DNA from: Halarcobacter sp.
GTDB lineage: Bacteria; Campylobacterota; Campylobacteria; Campylobacterales; Arcobacteraceae
Assembly: GCA_963676565.1 (NCBI GenBank)
Contig: OY781089.1
Span: forward strand, 3,264,001-3,328,000
Length of the DNA: 64,000 nucleotides
Direction: 5' to 3'
A program made the position numbers and the translations under genes. Shown here one piece after another: positions 58,849-64,000 of this stretch (positions are counted from its first letter, which is position 1; each line of letters opens with the position of its first letter). The notes under the pieces are model-generated. The model was not told the origin of the DNA, ran no database searches, and worked only from the letters and a program-made list of their open reading frames with translations.

Positions 58849-59222
58849 TAAAAGTATCTCTACTTCTACCTTATTTGAGAAATTAACTAATTAAAGTTAA
58901 TTGCTTTTTTGAATAATTATTCCTTGGCTACTATCTTATTAAACATATTGCTATATTAAATAAAACAGTTGTGTCTATCATTAATTAGATATTTAATTAA
59001 AAATATCTGATTTAGATATGAAATTTTTTATTTTTTAAATCATCTTCATACGAAAGATTAATTTAAACGAAAAAAATTAAAGACTTTAACATTAAATTTT
59101 TAAATAACATAATCATTTTTCAATGATTGTTTAGATCATAAGATCTAATATAAATTCAAATTCATTTGAACTTATATTAAATCTATTTATTTGATTTTTA
59201 CTTTTATAGTTTATTTAATAGA

Positions 59223-59298
59223 TGGTGGAGATAAGCGGGATCGAACCGCTGACCTCCTGCGTGCAAGGCAGGCGCTCTCCCAGCTGAGCTATATCCCC
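59223..59298 (-). tRNA. tRNA-Ala (TGC), ITS
   Basis: GGGGATATAGCTCAG...TTGCACG...TCCACCA. Confidence 0.96.
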
Positions 59299-59332
59299 AC
59301 ATATAATCTTATTATCAAAGATTATTTAATAA

Positions 59333-59409
59333 TGGTGGGCCTACCAGGACTTGAACCTGGGACCTCACGATTATCAGTCGAGCGCTCTAGCCAGCTGAGC
59401 TATAGGCCC
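59333..59409 (-). tRNA. tRNA-Ile (GAT), ITS
   Basis: GGGCCTATAGCTCAG...CTGATAA...CCCACCA. Confidence 0.96.
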
Positions 59410-59577
59410 ATTTGTCACCTATTTTTTAAATAATCTTTATAAACCGAACACAATAAACTATCTATTTTTTTTCTCATCTTATTTGCTACATTTGTACGCT
59501 TAAAAAATCTACGATTTTCCAAGGTAACTGTCGTGTTGTAGCTTCTGAGCTAAGAAACGAATCTTAGCTCTTTCTCT

Positions 59578-61096
<1,519 letters not shown>

Positions 61097-61298
61097 AAAA
61101 AGTTTAATCTTGACTTTATTTTAGTAACTCTAAAGTTACAAAATAAATCTCAATTTGTAAAGCTAAGCTTTATGTTAAATAGACAAGGATATGTTATTAC
61201 CATATTCTTGTTTCGTGTTTATTTCTCTACATCTTCATGTAGTAAATAGTTTTATCATATTCGGTTTATAAAGATTATTATCTTAACAAACCTTTTAT

Positions 61299-61396
61299 TG
61301 TTAAAGAACGTTTGAATCGATACTCTCAACCTTGTTTCGTTAAGTGTGTCACTCAAATTGGACGGGAATTATAATAGAATTTTTACCCCTTGTCAA
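61299..61396 (-). promoter_or_regulatory. rRNA operon sigma70 promoter and boxA-like element
   Basis: TTGACA(61391-61396)-17-TATAAT(61368-61373); GC-rich discriminator; CGTTCTTTAACA at 61299-61310. Confidence 0.85.
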
Positions 61397-61441
61397 GGGT
61401 TTTTTATTAATATTCGCTTAAATTTTGAAATTCTTTGAAAT

Positions 61442-62068
61442 TTAGTTTTTATTTCTTGTTGTAAAACCTGTTTTTCCTTCAATTATAATTGTAGAAGTCC
61501 CTTCTTTTGGAGATTTTAATTCTATAGTACATACATCTTGTAATTTATATTCATTTGCTGAATTTTCAAAATTACTTAATTTTGTATATACATTACCATC
61601 ATCTCCAAAGGAGATTTGACCAATTGAACTAGTATCATTACAGCTAATATTAACTTCTTCTATACCAAATTCTTTTGTTAATAATACATATTTACTTGTA
61701 TTTGGTCTATATTCACATTTATTTGTTGAATAAATTTTTTTATTTGTTAAAGGATCAGCTAAACTCTCTTCTAAACCTGGTTGACCAGTCATATTTGTAT
61801 CACTATATATAACATAATAGACACCACCAATATTTTTATTACAATTTAAAAACTTTAAGCTCCATCTTTTTTTATGCCAAAATAGTTCATCATTATCTCT
61901 TTTTGAATCTATTAAAGCTTGATACCTAAGTTCTTTTAAATAAAGTACTAGTCTATTTGTTGCTTTTTCTAAGTTGTTATCTTCATATTTGTATATAGTA
62001 AAGGTTGACACGATAATTAAAATTGCTATTACTATTAACAATTCAAATAATGTGAAACTCTTTTTCAT
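61442..62068 (-). CDS. Prepilin-type N-terminal cleavage/methylation (pseudopilin) protein
   Basis: MKKS|FTLFELLIVIAIL. Confidence 0.8.
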   Translation of the reverse strand: MKKSFTLFELLIVIAILIIVSTFTIYKYEDNNLEKATNRLVLYLKELRYQALIDSKRDNDELFWHKKRWSLKFLNCNKNIGGVYYVIYSDTNMTGQPGLEESLADPLTNKKIYSTNKCEYRPNTSKYVLLTKEFGIEEVNISCNDTSSIGQISFGDDGNVYTKLSNFENSANEYKLQDVCTIELKSPKEGTSTIIIEGKTGFTTRNKN

Positions 62069-63264
62069 ATCTTTTTTATAACATAAGCGGTATATATAAC
62101 TTTTCCATAATATTTAATCTCAAATTTATAGTCATATATTTTTAAATCTTTTGTACTAAGGTAAAACTTATCACCAGAATTAATATCATAAAACTTCAAT
62201 CTTAGTAATAGTTTTTTATCATCAGTGTAAATATCATTTATATGATTCTCTTTTAAATCTTTTGCTAATTGCTTAACATAATCATATTTATAAATAAAAT
62301 GTTTTTTAGGATCTTCAACTAACATATATAATGGCTTATTAACAATTGTAAAAAACAGATTTATAAAAAGAACAATTAAAACTAAACTACTAATAAGATA
62401 ATGTTTATTTCTAAACTGAGGAAGTCGCACTCTAATTGTATGTAGAAAAGTTCTAACCATATATGGTAAAAAGATTACAACATAAGGTGCATAATCTTCG
62501 ATATTGATTCTTTGTCTAAAAGATAAAACAAAGGAGAATATTAAAGATGTTGTAGCTATATACCAAATAAGTCCCCTTTCTTTTTTTATACCGCTTCTAT
62601 AAACAGTATAAAAAAAATATATAAAAAGTAAGGGTGAAAATATTGTTGCATAAATTGCAAAGGTGTCAACTAAAAATCCCCTTGGCTTCCCAGATGAATC
62701 AAATCCATAAATACTCATTGAGATAAAAAACAATAGTAAACTAATTATTAGTAGTTTTTTATCTTTATGTCTTAAAGAAAAGAAAAAAAGTGCTAGATAT
62801 AAAATTGCAAAAGAGTTGTCAACAAATAAAAAAAGAACTAATAAAGCATAACAGTGTTTTTTCCATTTCTGATAATATAAAACATATAACAAAACTAAAA
62901 AAGTAACTACAATTGCACTATTAACCAATAAAGAAGCACTTATCAGACCTGGAAGTATCATAAAAATACTCAAAGATATGTATCTATCACTTTGTTTATT
63001 AAAAAAATCTCTAGTTAGAAGAAACATTAATAGCAGGCTTAATAGATAAAACAATATAAATGGCAATCTTAAAGCTATATCGTTTTGTCCAAAAATATAT
63101 ATTGAAGAGTTAGTTAAAATAGTTAATAAAGAGGTGTTTTTAAATACATTTAGTGCCTCACCATATGAGATACTCATAGAGTTAGCACTATAAAATAAAG
63201 ATAATAGTACTACAAAAAAAAGTGAATAAAAAATATTTTTGTAACTATTATCGTTTAAACTCAT
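62065..63264 (-). CDS. Membrane protein, GT-C (ArnT/PMT, family 39-like) glycosyltransferase
   Basis: Many TM segments; FGQNDIALRLP motif. Confidence 0.55.
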   Translation of the reverse strand: MSLNDNSYKNIFYSLFFVVLLSLFYSANSMSISYGEALNVFKNTSLLTILTNSSIYIFGQNDIALRLPFILFYLLSLLLMFLLTRDFFNKQSDRYISLSIFMILPGLISASLLVNSAIVVTFLVLLYVLYYQKWKKHCYALLVLFLFVDNSFAILYLALFFFSLRHKDKKLLIISLLLFFISMSIYGFDSSGKPRGFLVDTFAIYATIFSPLLFIYFFYTVYRSGIKKERGLIWYIATTSLIFSFVLSFRQRINIEDYAPYVVIFLPYMVRTFLHTIRVRLPQFRNKHYLISSLVLIVLFINLFFTIVNKPLYMLVEDPKKHFIYKYDYVKQLAKDLKENHINDIYTDDKKLLLRLKFYDINSGDKFYLSTKDLKIYDYKFEIKYYGKVIYTAYVIKKI

Positions 63265-63830
63265 AATTTTAAGAAATTATCTATTATTTTAAATCCATGC
63301 TCACTCATAATCGATTCTGGGTGAAACTGAACTCCATAAACTTGTTTATCTTTAATCTCTAAAGACATAATCTCATTATCATCCATACTATATGAAGTGG
63401 GTACAATTATTTCAGGTAAATTTTCTTTTTTTACCGTTAAAGAATGGTATCTAGTTTGAGTAAACTCATCAGGAAGAGTGTCAAAGATTTTTGTTTCTTT
63501 AACCCTTTTCATTTTAGAAGTTTTACCATGCATCATATTATCTGCCTTGATTACCTCAGCACCAAAAACTTGAGCAATACTTTGATGACCTAAACAAATA
63601 CCAAATATTGGTTTTTTATCAGCAAAATGCTTTATTACGTCTAAACAAATACCTGCATCATCAGGAGTTGCAGGTCCTGGAGATATAATTATCTTTTCAG
63701 GGTTTAAAGCTTCTATCTCTTCTACACTTAATTCATCATTTCTAATTACTTTTAAATCAGCACCTAATTCTAGGCAATACTGAACAATATTGTAAGTGAA
63801 TGAGTCATAATTATCAATCATTAGAATCAT
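63261..63830 (-). CDS. pabA: Anthranilate/aminodeoxychorismate synthase component II
   Basis: IDNYDSFTYN, SPGP, GICLGHQ, QFHPES. Confidence 0.88.
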   Translation of the reverse strand: MILMIDNYDSFTYNIVQYCLELGADLKVIRNDELSVEEIEALNPEKIIISPGPATPDDAGICLDVIKHFADKKPIFGICLGHQSIAQVFGAEVIKADNMMHGKTSKMKRVKETKIFDTLPDEFTQTRYHSLTVKKENLPEIIVPTSYSMDDNEIMSLEIKDKQVYGVQFHPESIMSEHGFKIIDNFLKL

Positions 63831-63965
63831 CTATTATATTCCTCTATTAGAAAATACATTCTATATTTAAGGCGATATTATATCAATATTAACATTAAAA
63901 TGTATTTTTTAAAAAAGTAATAAAACTGTAAAACTATATTTAAATAATTAAGCTATAATTTGATT

Positions 63966-64000
63966 ATGAAAATTCTAAAAACAATAACAATACTATTAAT
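63966..64000 (+). CDS. Start of a probable exported protein (partial)
   Basis: MKILKTITILL...; TATAAT ends 6 nt upstream. Confidence 0.4.
   Translation, partial: MKILKTITILL

Overview
AT-rich chromosomal window from an Arcobacteraceae bacterium (Campylobacterota). Support: Arcobacter-type 16S signatures, separate rpoB and rpoC, and an ITS with tRNA-Ile then tRNA-Ala. The dddY gene suggests a marine or salt-marsh habitat. Bases 1-23.5 kb are accessory. They hold a nitrate/nitrite/NO-response island: a NarX-type P-box sensor coupled to an Nss/Crp regulator, a second Nss/Crp regulator, hemerythrin-DUF2249-membrane protein genes, nrfHAI with a divergent nrfJ-like gene, nnrS and an 8-Cys miniprotein. 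Seven TTGAY-N4-RTCAA-type boxes tie the island together, each exactly 22 bp from a -10 hexamer. The same region carries letAB/pqiAB, a diguanylate cyclase, an orphan sensor kinase and a DMSP lyase (dddY) paired with an enoyl-CoA hydratase. Bases 24-64 kb are mostly core genes: the tRNA-tuf-rpmG-secE-nusG-rpl-rpoBC cluster, peptidoglycan/division genes, glnA, moaDE, mqnA and a complete rRNA operon. This part also has an unannotated 42-aa ORF ending in a beta-barrel signal and a degenerate DsrE-like fusion. All calls were made by eye from motifs; no database search was run.
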